Virus record (IMG/VR): IMGVR_UViG_3300036770_006893
Span: 160,358-224,357 of that record
DNA length: 64,000 nucleotides
Direction: 5' to 3' (one strand)
Below the pieces are notes generated by a model that saw nothing but the letters and a program-made list of their open reading frames with translations, was not told where the DNA came from and did not search any database. The translations under genes and the position numbers were made by a program. Numbering within the stretch: position 1 is the stretch's first letter; every line of letters begins with the position of its first letter. Below are positions 29,153 through 38,588 of the stretch, piece by piece.

Positions 29153-29919
29153 GTATAGTATTATCTTTGACTACTATTCCAGACAGAATGAATTTTAGGG
29201 GAGATCATTCTACTACTAAAATTTGTTTAGACAACTTATTAAATCAGACATATCCAGAATATGAAATTCATCTAAATATCCCCCGTGAGTATATGGGTAA
29301 GATAGTAAATATACCAGAATGGGTTCATTCCTATGTAAATAAGTATAAAAATCTTAAAATATTCACCGTAGATGACTATGGCCCAGTAACCAAATTATTA
29401 CCAACCCTACAAAGGATATCGGACCCTGATTGTATAATTATAATAGTAGATGACGATCTCTATTATAATACTGATATGCTAAACTATCATATAAGCATCA
29501 GAAACAAATATCCCAATTCTGCTATAGGTTTTGCTGGCATAACCGCGATAAATGGCAGTTGTCATTTTTGTACATCTCTATCGAAAGATACTAGGGTTAA
29601 AATGTTGGAGGGTTATAAAACAGTATCTTTTCTTAGAAAATTTTTTGAAGTAGAAGACTTTATAGAAAACTTTGCCACAAAAACCTGGAACGATGATGTG
29701 GCTATTTCTGCTTATCTTGGATATAGAAATATAGAAAAAATAGTTGTATCATATGATAAAGACACGGATTTCTCTCCTAGGGTAGAGTCTTTTCCAGTTA
29801 TAGGCCACATACCAACAGAGCGTAGCGGGTGTTCGAATTTTAGATCATCTAAACTATCAGTTGAGGTTAATGATAATATGGCTAATGAATGGTATAGGCT
29901 TGGTTACCTTGAGAGATAA
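29149..29919 (+). CDS. GT-A glycosyltransferase (paralog of the previous gene)
   Basis: SLTTIP.R, LNIP, DYGP.TKLLP, VDDD..Y, DDV.IS. Confidence 0.75.
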   Translation: MSIVLSLTTIPDRMNFRGDHSTTKICLDNLLNQTYPEYEIHLNIPREYMGKIVNIPEWVHSYVNKYKNLKIFTVDDYGPVTKLLPTLQRISDPDCIIIIVDDDLYYNTDMLNYHISIRNKYPNSAIGFAGITAINGSCHFCTSLSKDTRVKMLEGYKTVSFLRKFFEVEDFIENFATKTWNDDVAISAYLGYRNIEKIVVSYDKDTDFSPRVESFPVIGHIPTERSGCSNFRSSKLSVEVNDNMANEWYRLGYLER

Positions 29920-29969
29920 AACTTTGCCTGATACACGCTTTGCGTTATTATTAAATAAGGAGCCTACCA

Positions 29970-30404
29970 ATGAAAAAAATAATTCTGATTGCTGTTTTTC
30001 TATATTCATCTAGTGCATTTTCTCAAAATTATTCCTTTAATTCAGGATCTGTTTATGCCCCTAGTCCAGTTGCTGGTATCGGTTATAATCTTGATCGTCT
30101 TGTAAACAATAGCATGAGTAATTCAGACACATATGCCTCCAGAACATATGCTAATGGAGACTATGCTTATAAAACATCACTAGCCAACATCAATAATCAA
30201 GTTGCATACTCTATGTATTTAAATAACGATGCTCTAAAAACTAGTGTTTATTTTGAGAAAAAACAAATGAATCTATATAATAGAACCCTATTAGAGTTTC
30301 AAAAAAAAGAGATATCAAGAATGCGAAGATATCAAAACTTTTCTAAAGAAGATTTAGATGATATGTTTGATGTTCGCTACAAGACTGGTTTTATAATGCC
30401 ATAA
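29970..30404 (+). CDS. Secreted hypothetical protein
   Basis: Signal peptide MKKIILIAVFLYSSSAFS; AGGAG RBS. Confidence 0.6.
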   Translation: MKKIILIAVFLYSSSAFSQNYSFNSGSVYAPSPVAGIGYNLDRLVNNSMSNSDTYASRTYANGDYAYKTSLANINNQVAYSMYLNNDALKTSVYFEKKQMNLYNRTLLEFQKKEISRMRRYQNFSKEDLDDMFDVRYKTGFIMP

Positions 30405-31279
30405 CCCTCGTATCTCTTTTGTCCAGAGTACGCTGGGTCTTTTAAAGGTATGGCTGTTTTTCTGAAAAAGCTAATATAGTCTTGCGAATTCATTTTTTTA
30501 CCAAAATTATTTTTGAAATAAGAGCACACCAGTGCCGCACAACCAACAGCAAACGGATTGCTCATGCTTGTTCCGCTCATCAGCGCATATCTATTATTTG
30601 GAACACAGCTTAATATATTATGCCCAGGTGCCAAGAAGTCCAATGATTCTCCACTACATGTGAAGCTAGTTCTATCTAGATTCTCATCTATAGCTCCTAT
30701 ACTAATAGTTTCTTTATATTTAGCCGGATACATTATATCGCTCGATGGACCAGAGTTACCTGCTGCACAAAATATTATACATCCCTTATTGCTTGCATAC
30801 TTTATAGCGTCGTGTAAATGATGCGAGTCATATGGCGACCCAAGCGACATAGTTATAAAATCCACACCGTAATCTGCTGACCATATTATTGCTTTAATAA
30901 TAGATTCTAATGAGCCATTTCCATCATCAGCTAAGGCTTTGACCGGAACTATTTTAGCCTTCGGTGCTACTCCAACCATACCTGTTGTATTATTATTTGC
31001 GCATATGGTTCCACAAACATGAGTTCCATGACCATTTTTATCTATGGGGTCTTTACCTTCATGAATTGCATTAAACCCCTCTAATATATTTTTTTTTATA
31101 TCTTCATGAAAAATATCACATCCAGTATCTATTACTGCTATCTTTACTCCTAGGCCTTCACTTTTGATCCACTGTTTTTGAATATCAAATTTTTTTATTT
31201 CCCAACCAATTATTTGTTGCTGATTTATTCCAAATATATCTTCTCTTATATATGGTAATAGTCCGTATTTTTTTTTCAT
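30377..31279 (-). CDS. Subtilisin-like S8 serine protease
   Basis: IDTG (Asp), HGTHV (His), AAGN, GTSM (Ser). Confidence 0.92.
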   Translation of the reverse strand: MKKKYGLLPYIREDIFGINQQQIIGWEIKKFDIQKQWIKSEGLGVKIAVIDTGCDIFHEDIKKNILEGFNAIHEGKDPIDKNGHGTHVCGTICANNNTTGMVGVAPKAKIVPVKALADDGNGSLESIIKAIIWSADYGVDFITMSLGSPYDSHHLHDAIKYASNKGCIIFCAAGNSGPSSDIMYPAKYKETISIGAIDENLDRTSFTCSGESLDFLAPGHNILSCVPNNRYALMSGTSMSNPFAVGCAALVCSYFKNNFGKKMNSQDYISFFRKTAIPLKDPAYSGQKRYEGYGIIKPVL

Positions 31280-32838
31280 ATAAAGTCAGATGATACTGAT
31301 GGTGATGGAGGTGTTTGTGTTGGTGTTCTCGTTGGTGTTATAGTTGGTGTTGGAGTTGTAGTCGGCGTAACTGCTGGAGTATCGTTTGGGTCTATTGGAA
31401 CAGACTCACAGCTTAATTGACTAAAGCTTGCTGTTTCATACATCAATGGTAATAATTCTCTTGGTGGGAAACATTGACCATTACAGCATATTCCAATCGC
31501 TGGGGCAGTAGTTACTGCGGTTATCACCCAGCCAGCATCAGAAAATTCTTGGGCAAATGCTTCAGAAGTTGCTAAGAATTGATCCATATCATTCCAAACT
31601 ATTGACACCTCTCTATAATTGCCTAAATTGTCTGTAACGCCTACTTCAGCAACCTCATAAGTACAATTTGATTGTATGCATGGTGTTGGTGTGGGTGTTG
31701 GTGTTATAGATTTCGTTATTGTTGGTGTTGTTGTTGGCGTTGTGGTTGGTGTTGAAGTAGATGTTATAGATGGTGTTATTGTTGGGGTTGGCGTTGGCAT
31801 TGGAGTAGAAGTTGGATCACACTCAACAATTGGCCCACTACAGTCAATAGTACCTATTAATTTAGTATTAGTTGGGCCAGGAGCAACGCAACTCTTAAAT
31901 AAGACCACAGGATCATTAGTTGTTGCATCATAACCCACTAGAACAATAAATGTTACACCCGTGTGGCAATATTGTAATTCGCACCTTAATACCAGTTGCG
32001 AGTCTACTATATCTTCTGTACCGTTTGTAGCAAAAGAGAACGTATCAAATCTTGATCCGCATATATCCCCATTCAAATTATTCATGTTAATTGTTTTATT
32101 TGCCAAAATTTGCGACCCATCAGATTTTACCAAAATTGGCATAAATATTGTTCTATCACAACAATGACCCCTTGCGCATGTTGGATTCACTAATCCTATA
32201 CCAGGAATATCTATAGGCACATTAATATCGTTAGCATAATAAGCATATCCATTAATTATGCCTTTTAAATTTTGTGGAATAGATACAATTTCACAATCTG
32301 GTGGTTGATCAACACACAAAGCTGGAACAACACATCGACAAGATACTGGATCAAATGTCTCTCCTGGTTGGCATATAATACCTTGGCAAGTATTACATGA
32401 TAGTGGAGTGTGCTGACTTTCTTGCACTGTTTTTATACTAGTGCCTTTTGGATATCCTGATATCTGATCATAACTTGTTGTGTAGTGTTTAGATCCTATA
32501 CTTATAATCGACCCTAGCGTTTCTGAACATAACCTATACGAGTCAGATTCCGGATATCCCGCATTAAATTTATTTAAAGAAATGTTGTACTTGAATTCTC
32601 TAACAGCTTTTTCTGTTAATGTTATATTAATTACTTTAGAATTATTATACGTAACTTCGTTATTATATAGACCTATATAGCTTTTAAAATTTTGATCATA
32701 AATATTTTTATCGTGTTTTATATACCTGTTTTCTATATTATTATCAATACTAATATTTATATTTTCTCTATTTTGATTAAACACAGCCAGGTTAGTTTGT
32801 TGATTTACTGGCCGGTTAATATTGCTAAATATGGTCAT
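31276..32838 (-). CDS. Cys-rich protein with Pro/Thr stalks (probable virion surface protein)
   Basis: PT tracts at about 31310-31380 and 31680-31810; domain shared with 7351..7767. Confidence 0.6.
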   Translation of the reverse strand: MTIFSNINRPVNQQTNLAVFNQNRENINISIDNNIENRYIKHDKNIYDQNFKSYIGLYNNEVTYNNSKVINITLTEKAVREFKYNISLNKFNAGYPESDSYRLCSETLGSIISIGSKHYTTSYDQISGYPKGTSIKTVQESQHTPLSCNTCQGIICQPGETFDPVSCRCVVPALCVDQPPDCEIVSIPQNLKGIINGYAYYANDINVPIDIPGIGLVNPTCARGHCCDRTIFMPILVKSDGSQILANKTINMNNLNGDICGSRFDTFSFATNGTEDIVDSQLVLRCELQYCHTGVTFIVLVGYDATTNDPVVLFKSCVAPGPTNTKLIGTIDCSGPIVECDPTSTPMPTPTPTITPSITSTSTPTTTPTTTPTITKSITPTPTPTPCIQSNCTYEVAEVGVTDNLGNYREVSIVWNDMDQFLATSEAFAQEFSDAGWVITAVTTAPAIGICCNGQCFPPRELLPLMYETASFSQLSCESVPIDPNDTPAVTPTTTPTPTITPTRTPTQTPPSPSVSSDFI

Positions 32839-32896
32839 ATTATAACACCTATTTATTGATTAAGTTTTCCTCAATCTATTTGTACACCATAAAAAT

Positions 32897-33220
32897 TTAT
32901 TGAATTATATTCTTATATGGTCTGTTTTGGTATTTATGTAAAAATTTTTGGCAGTCATCTGCGACTGATGGATTCCAGCTCTTATAATCCATAAGATGAC
33001 CGAATACTAAATGACACGGACTATCGCATAGAGTTATAAGATTAGTCATATCTAACTCTCTATCTGGATTCACATGCACTGGCTCTATATGATGAACTTC
33101 AAGTTTTTTATTTCTGCCACACGCCGCACATGTACCATTATTATTAAGATGCTCTTTTCTGATCGTAGACCATTTTGGAGACCTATATGCAAACCTAGTA
33201 TATTTTTTAATACCAAACAT
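32897..33220 (-). CDS. Small HNH endonuclease
   Basis: W...R......C..CG....EVHH..P........NLITLC...CH...GH. Confidence 0.85.
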   Translation of the reverse strand: MFGIKKYTRFAYRSPKWSTIRKEHLNNNGTCAACGRNKKLEVHHIEPVHVNPDRELDMTNLITLCDSPCHLVFGHLMDYKSWNPSVADDCQKFLHKYQNRPYKNIIQ

Positions 33221-34221
33221 TACAGTACCTTAGACGCTATTAAACATCCTTTCGATACTGAGTGCAGAGGATCCTGTGCGTGTACCACCTCTTTAATAGG
33301 TAGCGGAAAATTATTATCTTTTATTTTTTGGGCAAATAATTCAATATATCCCTTTGCTTGTGATGTTCCACCGGCGATAACAATTTTAAGAGGGTTCTTG
33401 AACTTTGGTAAAGACTTATGGCCAGATAATGCATTTGATAACTGTTTTGTTGTATAATCTATCAACCTCTCATAATAGGCGCACACTGCTGCTAAAACAG
33501 GATTTTCGTTGTGTTCGCCTATTTTAAACTGCCCGCCCTCTTTCTCTGCCTGAACAACACTATCGCTTTCTCCGGTGGCTACAGCACTCATACGATCAAT
33601 CCAGTCGCCTGACTTTGTGGTACTAAAGACTACAGTTGGTTCTCCATTCAACATAACGCAAACATTCGTCATACCAGCACCACAACTGATTGCTATGCCG
33701 GTATAATCATCATCCTCTAGTTCTGCATAACAAAGAGCCTCTGCTTCGTTTATGGCTCTAGCGTCATATCCACATTCTGCTAAAACGCTCTTTACAACAT
33801 CTTCGTGGTATCCAACATCAAAATCTTCATCTTCTTGATCAACTGGTTGTGCCGGCACACAAAAAACCAGCTTTTCATTTGGTTCCGAAGCTTTACCTAC
33901 GACTTCTTTAAGAATAAATGCTAGTACTCTTTTTGCGTCTTTTTCTTTAGCAGATACTACTCCTCTATACATTGGACGTTTAGCAATATCGTTTCTTTCT
34001 ACAGCTTTTTCTATAGCATCTTTACCCAATATAATGAATGAGCCATCATTGTCTTTGATAAATGTTTTTCCAGCCAGTCCTTTTTCTATCATTTTTGTGG
34101 CGACTGGAGTTGTTGGTCTTATTATGTAAAAAGCATCTCGAAAATCTTTGTATTCAATATTGCCTTCTTTTTCTGATGACAAAACTATGAAGCTTGTACC
34201 TACATCTAAACCTTTTGACAT
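33220..34221 (-). CDS. Actin-fold ATPase, volactin-like
   Basis: GLDVGT (phosphate 1), RPM..G, PA.P.D, YH, INE, TG..IS.GAGMTNVC, GDWID, GGTS, P..SV..G. Confidence 0.8.
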   Translation of the reverse strand: MSKGLDVGTSFIVLSSEKEGNIEYKDFRDAFYIIRPTTPVATKMIEKGLAGKTFIKDNDGSFIILGKDAIEKAVERNDIAKRPMYRGVVSAKEKDAKRVLAFILKEVVGKASEPNEKLVFCVPAQPVDQEDEDFDVGYHEDVVKSVLAECGYDARAINEAEALCYAELEDDDYTGIAISCGAGMTNVCVMLNGEPTVVFSTTKSGDWIDRMSAVATGESDSVVQAEKEGGQFKIGEHNENPVLAAVCAYYERLIDYTTKQLSNALSGHKSLPKFKNPLKIVIAGGTSQAKGYIELFAQKIKDNNFPLPIKEVVHAQDPLHSVSKGCLIASKVL

Positions 34222-34224
34222 AAT

Positions 34225-34530
34225 TTACCTCTTTAATTTCTTTAGTTTATCTACAGAATTAGATATGTTTTCTTCGCTTTTTTTTATTTCACCTAATGAA
34301 TCGTATTTTTTTTCTAATCCTTCTGTTTTTATATCTACAACAAATTTTTTGTCATCTATTAAAATTTGTGAGTTTTTTTGAGCCAATGATTCCTGATCAA
34401 AAAAAGATCTAGGCTTACTGTTTAATACACCATTATCTCGTCCAGACCGACCTAATAAATATCCTATAAAAAACGAATTAATAACTAAAATAAGTATAAT
34501 ACAAATAATAATAATATTTTGGTCAATCAT
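34225..34530 (-). CDS. Single-TM membrane protein immediately upstream of the actin homolog
   Basis: IIIICIILILVINSFFIGYLLG TM helix; basic C-terminal helix SVDKLKKLKR; 3-nt gap to the actin ATG. Confidence 0.65.
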   Translation of the reverse strand: MIDQNIIIICIILILVINSFFIGYLLGRSGRDNGVLNSKPRSFFDQESLAQKNSQILIDDKKFVVDIKTEGLEKKYDSLGEIKKSEENISNSVDKLKKLKR

Positions 34531-34990
34531 TACTCAACCATTTAATATAGTTTTCTTTTGAATACCCTATAATTTTCTTTTTTTGTTTTTCGTTGATAAA
34601 AATCCTTGAATCAGGTATTGTTGAAATATTGTATTGATTTTTAATTTCTAAATTCTTTTTAATATCTATATAACATACTATATATTTATCAGTATGCGGC
34701 GTCAATTTACTTGATAATATATCGTTTTTTAACGATTCACAAAATCGACAGTAATCGGAACCAAATATTATTAAAGCTGGTCTGTTGGTTTCTTTTGATA
34801 GTTGATTAGCTTCTTCTACTGAAGTTAATATAAAGCTATCATTGGCGCTAGCGACCGTCAAGATTGTTGATAAAATAAATAGCAGATATATTATTTTAAC
34901 CATAGTATTTTTTAGTCTTATTATATAATATATAATTGGATCATGCTTATAAAATGCATAGGCCCAGTATATTATACACTTTTTAGTCAT
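34523..34990 (-). CDS. Exported thioredoxin-fold protein
   Basis: CRFC motif, cis-Pro (TIP), signal peptide from MVKIIYLLF. Confidence 0.75.
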   Translation of the reverse strand: MTKKCIIYWAYAFYKHDPIIYYIIRLKNTMVKIIYLLFILSTILTVASANDSFILTSVEEANQLSKETNRPALIIFGSDYCRFCESLKNDILSSKLTPHTDKYIVCYIDIKKNLEIKNQYNISTIPDSRIFINEKQKKKIIGYSKENYIKWLSND

Positions 34991-35066
34991 TTTTGACTAA
35001 ATATTTTAGTGCCAATATAATAATTGGTCAACTATATCATAAGAATCTGTATTATCTTGAGCAAAA

Positions 35067-35729
35067 CTAATTGTTCATGTAATACATGTCTGTGTATTTA
35101 GCATAAATTTGCGATGTTTGCTGGTCTTTTATGCTATTTTGTATTTCTTTGTTACTTATTTTTTTGGGATGTGTTCCAAACTTATTTATTGATTTATTTA
35201 ACACATCTGGTTTTTCTAAATTTTGTTTTAAGCTTAATGTAAATTTGTCTTTAATTTTGTTTATATCTTGATTAATACGCTCTATTCTTAGATTAGCATA
35301 AATATTATTCATTGATTCTATTATTTCATTCCAATATAAATATGAATATATGGCACACTGAATTGGTTTCATTGTAGATATATTAATATTATATATTTGA
35401 TTTATCACAAAAGAACGATATTTAAACGAAACGTTGTCTCTAGACCTGAATTCGTTTTCCAATACCAGAGAAGATATACAGTCTTGAGGTTGTCGTAGTA
35501 GTCTAATCGTAGTTTTAGGCTTAAAATAAAGACCAGTTTGCCTACAAAAATAAATCTCACCGCCCGATTCATTATAACTATTCCACCAAGAAACTATTCC
35601 AGATTTTTTTAGTATTTCGTGACCGATATCTAAGCCTAAAAAATTAAGATATTGAGCAAGGGATGCGGAGCCGCTTCTAGGAGAACATAAACACAACAAT
35701 TCGCAGTCTATAAAAAATTTATCTCTCAT
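35067..35729 (-). CDS. Sulfotransferase-like P-loop protein
   Basis: PRSGS, GHE, R.P...ISS, R.E. Confidence 0.6.
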   Translation of the reverse strand: MRDKFFIDCELLCLCSPRSGSASLAQYLNFLGLDIGHEILKKSGIVSWWNSYNESGGEIYFCRQTGLYFKPKTTIRLLRQPQDCISSLVLENEFRSRDNVSFKYRSFVINQIYNINISTMKPIQCAIYSYLYWNEIIESMNNIYANLRIERINQDINKIKDKFTLSLKQNLEKPDVLNKSINKFGTHPKKISNKEIQNSIKDQQTSQIYAKYTDMYYMNN

Positions 35730-36460
35730 ATTAGATCAATTTTTTCTGATACAACAGACCAGTGGTTGGTTTCCCTTTGCTTATCCATAACCAGTGAGTT
35801 TCCGTAAAACCTATACAGGCTGTCATCTTCTACAAAGATTCTAAAAAATTTTAATATTTGATCTGTATTTGACGGCTGTGTATTAAAGTCGATAATTTCC
35901 CCTTTTTTATTAAGATGGTTATACATACCGTTACCACATGCTACATACATATCTTTTTTATATTGTCCGGCTCTAATTTTATTAGACAAAATTATTTCTT
36001 TGACCTTAATATTCATTACATCCAGACATTCTAGTAATAGTTTTGCTTTTGGTTGAGAATATATCAACCCCATCGGTTGCGTATAGCATAAGCTGTCTTT
36101 GTTATAATCATTCAAATTGTTATCGTAACAAATATTATTTAGCGATCCATATAATCCAACATGACTATCTAAGTAAAATCCACCATATATGAATAGATGT
36201 GCTATTCTAGCTATATCTGATCTTATGGAATATAGATTAAATCTATTAAAATATAGGTACAGATACTTATAATTATATTCTTGTAAGAACTCCTGTATTT
36301 CTGCTCTATCTATTAGAGACAGAGCATAATCTTTATTATGCTTTTTCCAAGAACTTAGCGTTTGTTTAATAACACTAGTCTTGCCATCGTCCCAATAGGT
36401 GCAGATATTTTTTACAATATCTAATTCATCAGATAGCTTTCTCATGCTTGAGCTTTCCAT
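35726..36460 (-). CDS. GT32 (OCH1-like) glycosyltransferase
   Basis: YW, SWK..N..Y, SD.AR...L..YGG.YLD. Confidence 0.75.
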   Translation of the reverse strand: MESSSMRKLSDELDIVKNICTYWDDGKTSVIKQTLSSWKKHNKDYALSLIDRAEIQEFLQEYNYKYLYLYFNRFNLYSIRSDIARIAHLFIYGGFYLDSHVGLYGSLNNICYDNNLNDYNKDSLCYTQPMGLIYSQPKAKLLLECLDVMNIKVKEIILSNKIRAGQYKKDMYVACGNGMYNHLNKKGEIIDFNTQPSNTDQILKFFRIFVEDDSLYRFYGNSLVMDKQRETNHWSVVSEKIDLI

Positions 36461-37347
36461 ACTTGACTAAGAACCCTGCCTTTTTGGGTACGACTAACAA
36501 AACCCTTCCTTACTAAGTATGGTTCTATGCTGTTTTCTATTGTTTCAATTGCTATTCCAGTAAGGGAACTTATAGACTTTAATCCCAATGGATTACCTCT
36601 GTTATTTTTTAGTATCTCCAAATATGCTCTATCATAGATGTCAAGACCGTGCTCGTCTATACCCTGTATACGAAATATATCGTCAATACTACATTGTGTA
36701 TCATTGCACATCTTGTAGTTTTTATACCATTGTAATCTTGCATTTAAAATTCTCGGAGTTCCCTTACTTCTTTTTGCAATTTCTAGAAGGTCTGATTCCG
36801 ATATTACTAATCCCAGACTATCAGAATTCAATCCTGCTAGTTTAGCTAGTTCATCGTCCGTATAAAATGATAAATGTTCTTTTATTTGAAATCGATCATA
36901 GAAAGGCTGACTAAGACTACCCCCACTGGTTGTTGCACCAATAAGGGTAAATGCTGGGATTTCAATTTCTTCTGGCTCTTTTTCTAGAACAATATTAATC
37001 TTAAAGTCTTCCATAACTGGATACAAAAACTCCTCAACTAGTTTGGGTAATCTATGGATTTCATCAATAAAAAACACTGATTTTTTAGTCATTCTCATTA
37101 GGTACGGTAAAACATTTTTTACACTTCTCAAGTTTGCGGCATTAGCAGTATATAGATTAACATCCATTTCGGTCGCTATTGCTCCAGCTATAGTTGTTTT
37201 ACCAAGACCAGGAGGCCCATCAATTAAAACATGGGGTAACACACTATTGCTTTTTTTACAGCCTAGCGTACTTATTTTAAGTCTATTAACTACCTCGGAT
37301 TGTCCTATAATTCTATCGAACGATGTTGGTCTCTTAATTGTTGACAT
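36442..37347 (-). CDS. ruvB: Holliday junction branch-migration ATPase RuvB
   Basis: RP..F..IIGQ, GPPGLGKTT, FIDEIHRL, LYP.MED, FTLIGATT, GTPR, EPYL...G...RT.KGR. Confidence 0.95.
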   Translation of the reverse strand: MSTIKRPTSFDRIIGQSEVVNRLKISTLGCKKSNSVLPHVLIDGPPGLGKTTIAGAIATEMDVNLYTANAANLRSVKNVLPYLMRMTKKSVFFIDEIHRLPKLVEEFLYPVMEDFKINIVLEKEPEEIEIPAFTLIGATTSGGSLSQPFYDRFQIKEHLSFYTDDELAKLAGLNSDSLGLVISESDLLEIAKRSKGTPRILNARLQWYKNYKMCNDTQCSIDDIFRIQGIDEHGLDIYDRAYLEILKNNRGNPLGLKSISSLTGIAIETIENSIEPYLVRKGFVSRTQKGRVLSQVWKAQA

Positions 37348-37768
37348 TTAAATCCTCCAAATTTTGTAATATGTATCTAATCAACGACCCAGAGTTGTCC
37401 ACCGGGTTTTTCTCAAAAGCTTTTTTGCACAAAGATTTTGCTTCACTATCTGTAAAGCCATAGCCTATCAAGACTTTAGCACAATCGGCCAAAAGATCAA
37501 GACCCATCTCAGATTTTTCTTTAGTTGCAACTTCTTCTTGTTTGACTTTCGCCAATGGCTTTGGTTGACTAAAGACTATTTCTATTTTTTGTATCCTCTT
37601 TGGACGAAAAACCAAACCACAATCACAAACTATCTTGAATCCTTTTGTTTGGGATTCTTTCAAAGATAGCCAGTGATCAAATCCACAATCTGTTTTAGGA
37701 CACCTGTACTTGAAGTGAGCATCAACATCAATCGGTTTCTGGTTTTTCAATCTCTTCTTTGTATTCAT
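37334..37768 (-). CDS. Zn-ribbon fused to a RuvA C-terminal-like domain
   Basis: CP..DC...HW ... C.CG; C-terminal L.GYGF...EA.......A........LIR..L. Confidence 0.6.
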   Translation of the reverse strand: MNTKKRLKNQKPIDVDAHFKYRCPKTDCGFDHWLSLKESQTKGFKIVCDCGLVFRPKRIQKIEIVFSQPKPLAKVKQEEVATKEKSEMGLDLLADCAKVLIGYGFTDSEAKSLCKKAFEKNPVDNSGSLIRYILQNLEDLNVNN

Positions 37769-38159
37769 TATTTTTTACCCAAAATACGAAGTCGTTTGCC
37801 TTCTCGTCAAAAGCTGTTTCAACCAATCCCTTTTGAACTAGACCTACCATTATATTACTTACCATTCTATCATTAAGCTTACTAACTATTTCAGTAAAGA
37901 TCTTATCATCTAAAAGATATCTAGTTTTTTTTGTTATTTTATGTCTTTGAGTTTTGATATTTTCTTTTACTATAACTAGTGACTCTTGGTGAGATAATAT
38001 CTTATTTAGTTCCTCTTTTTCAGCATCTTTTATATCGTCTATAAGAGTATCTAACTCAGACCTATCATCCCATGATCCAAAATTATTATATACTATATAC
38101 CTTACTCTGTCTGTAAATTCTGATAAATCTGGTATTATATACCATTCTGGTTTTGACAT
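37728..38159 (-). CDS. Hypothetical protein (C-terminus resembles 54166..54555)
   Basis: LV..GLVE.AFD...N.FVFW motif. Confidence 0.55.
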   Translation of the reverse strand: MSKPEWYIIPDLSEFTDRVRYIVYNNFGSWDDRSELDTLIDDIKDAEKEELNKILSHQESLVIVKENIKTQRHKITKKTRYLLDDKIFTEIVSKLNDRMVSNIMVGLVQKGLVETAFDEKANDFVFWVKNNEYKEEIEKPETD

Positions 38160-38168
38160 TGTTGCTCC

Positions 38169-38588
38169 TTAATTTAAAATCTCGAATAAGCCCTTATAAT
38201 ATTTTGGCTGAGTAATAAAATGAACAGCATTCGCCTGAATATGAGACTTGTAAGCTGAGTTAATTGGGTCTATAGCCCAATATTTTGTTTTCCATATAGG
38301 CTCGTTTGCATAATTGGACCCCAAATACTGGAGTTTGTCCTTGCCTCCAGCATTGGGGTTCCAACTATTCACAGGAAACACTATCATCTTATCTGGATCA
38401 AAATCTTTACCAAGAAAGTTATTTACCATTTTGCTTATCCATTCGGATAATGGAGAATTCTGATTAAGGTCGAACTTAAAATAAAATTTATATGGGTCAT
38501 ATTGATCGCCATAATCATAGTTATAATAATCGTCATCATAGCCATCATCTTCATCGTCGTATGGATCATGCATCTTTAACCTATACAA
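38169..38588 (-). CDS. Hypothetical acidic protein
   Basis: ORF with a D/Y-rich N-terminus. Confidence 0.5.
   Translation of the reverse strand: MYRLKMHDPYDDEDDGYDDDYYNYDYGDQYDPYKFYFKFDLNQNSPLSEWISKMVNNFLGKDFDPDKMIVFPVNSWNPNAGGKDKLQYLGSNYANEPIWKTKYWAIDPINSAYKSHIQANAVHFITQPKYYKGLFEILN

Noticed and set aside
33220-34990. ParMRC-type plasmid partition system
   Set aside because: No parC-like repeat array and no RHH adaptor were seen; the neighbour is a membrane protein.
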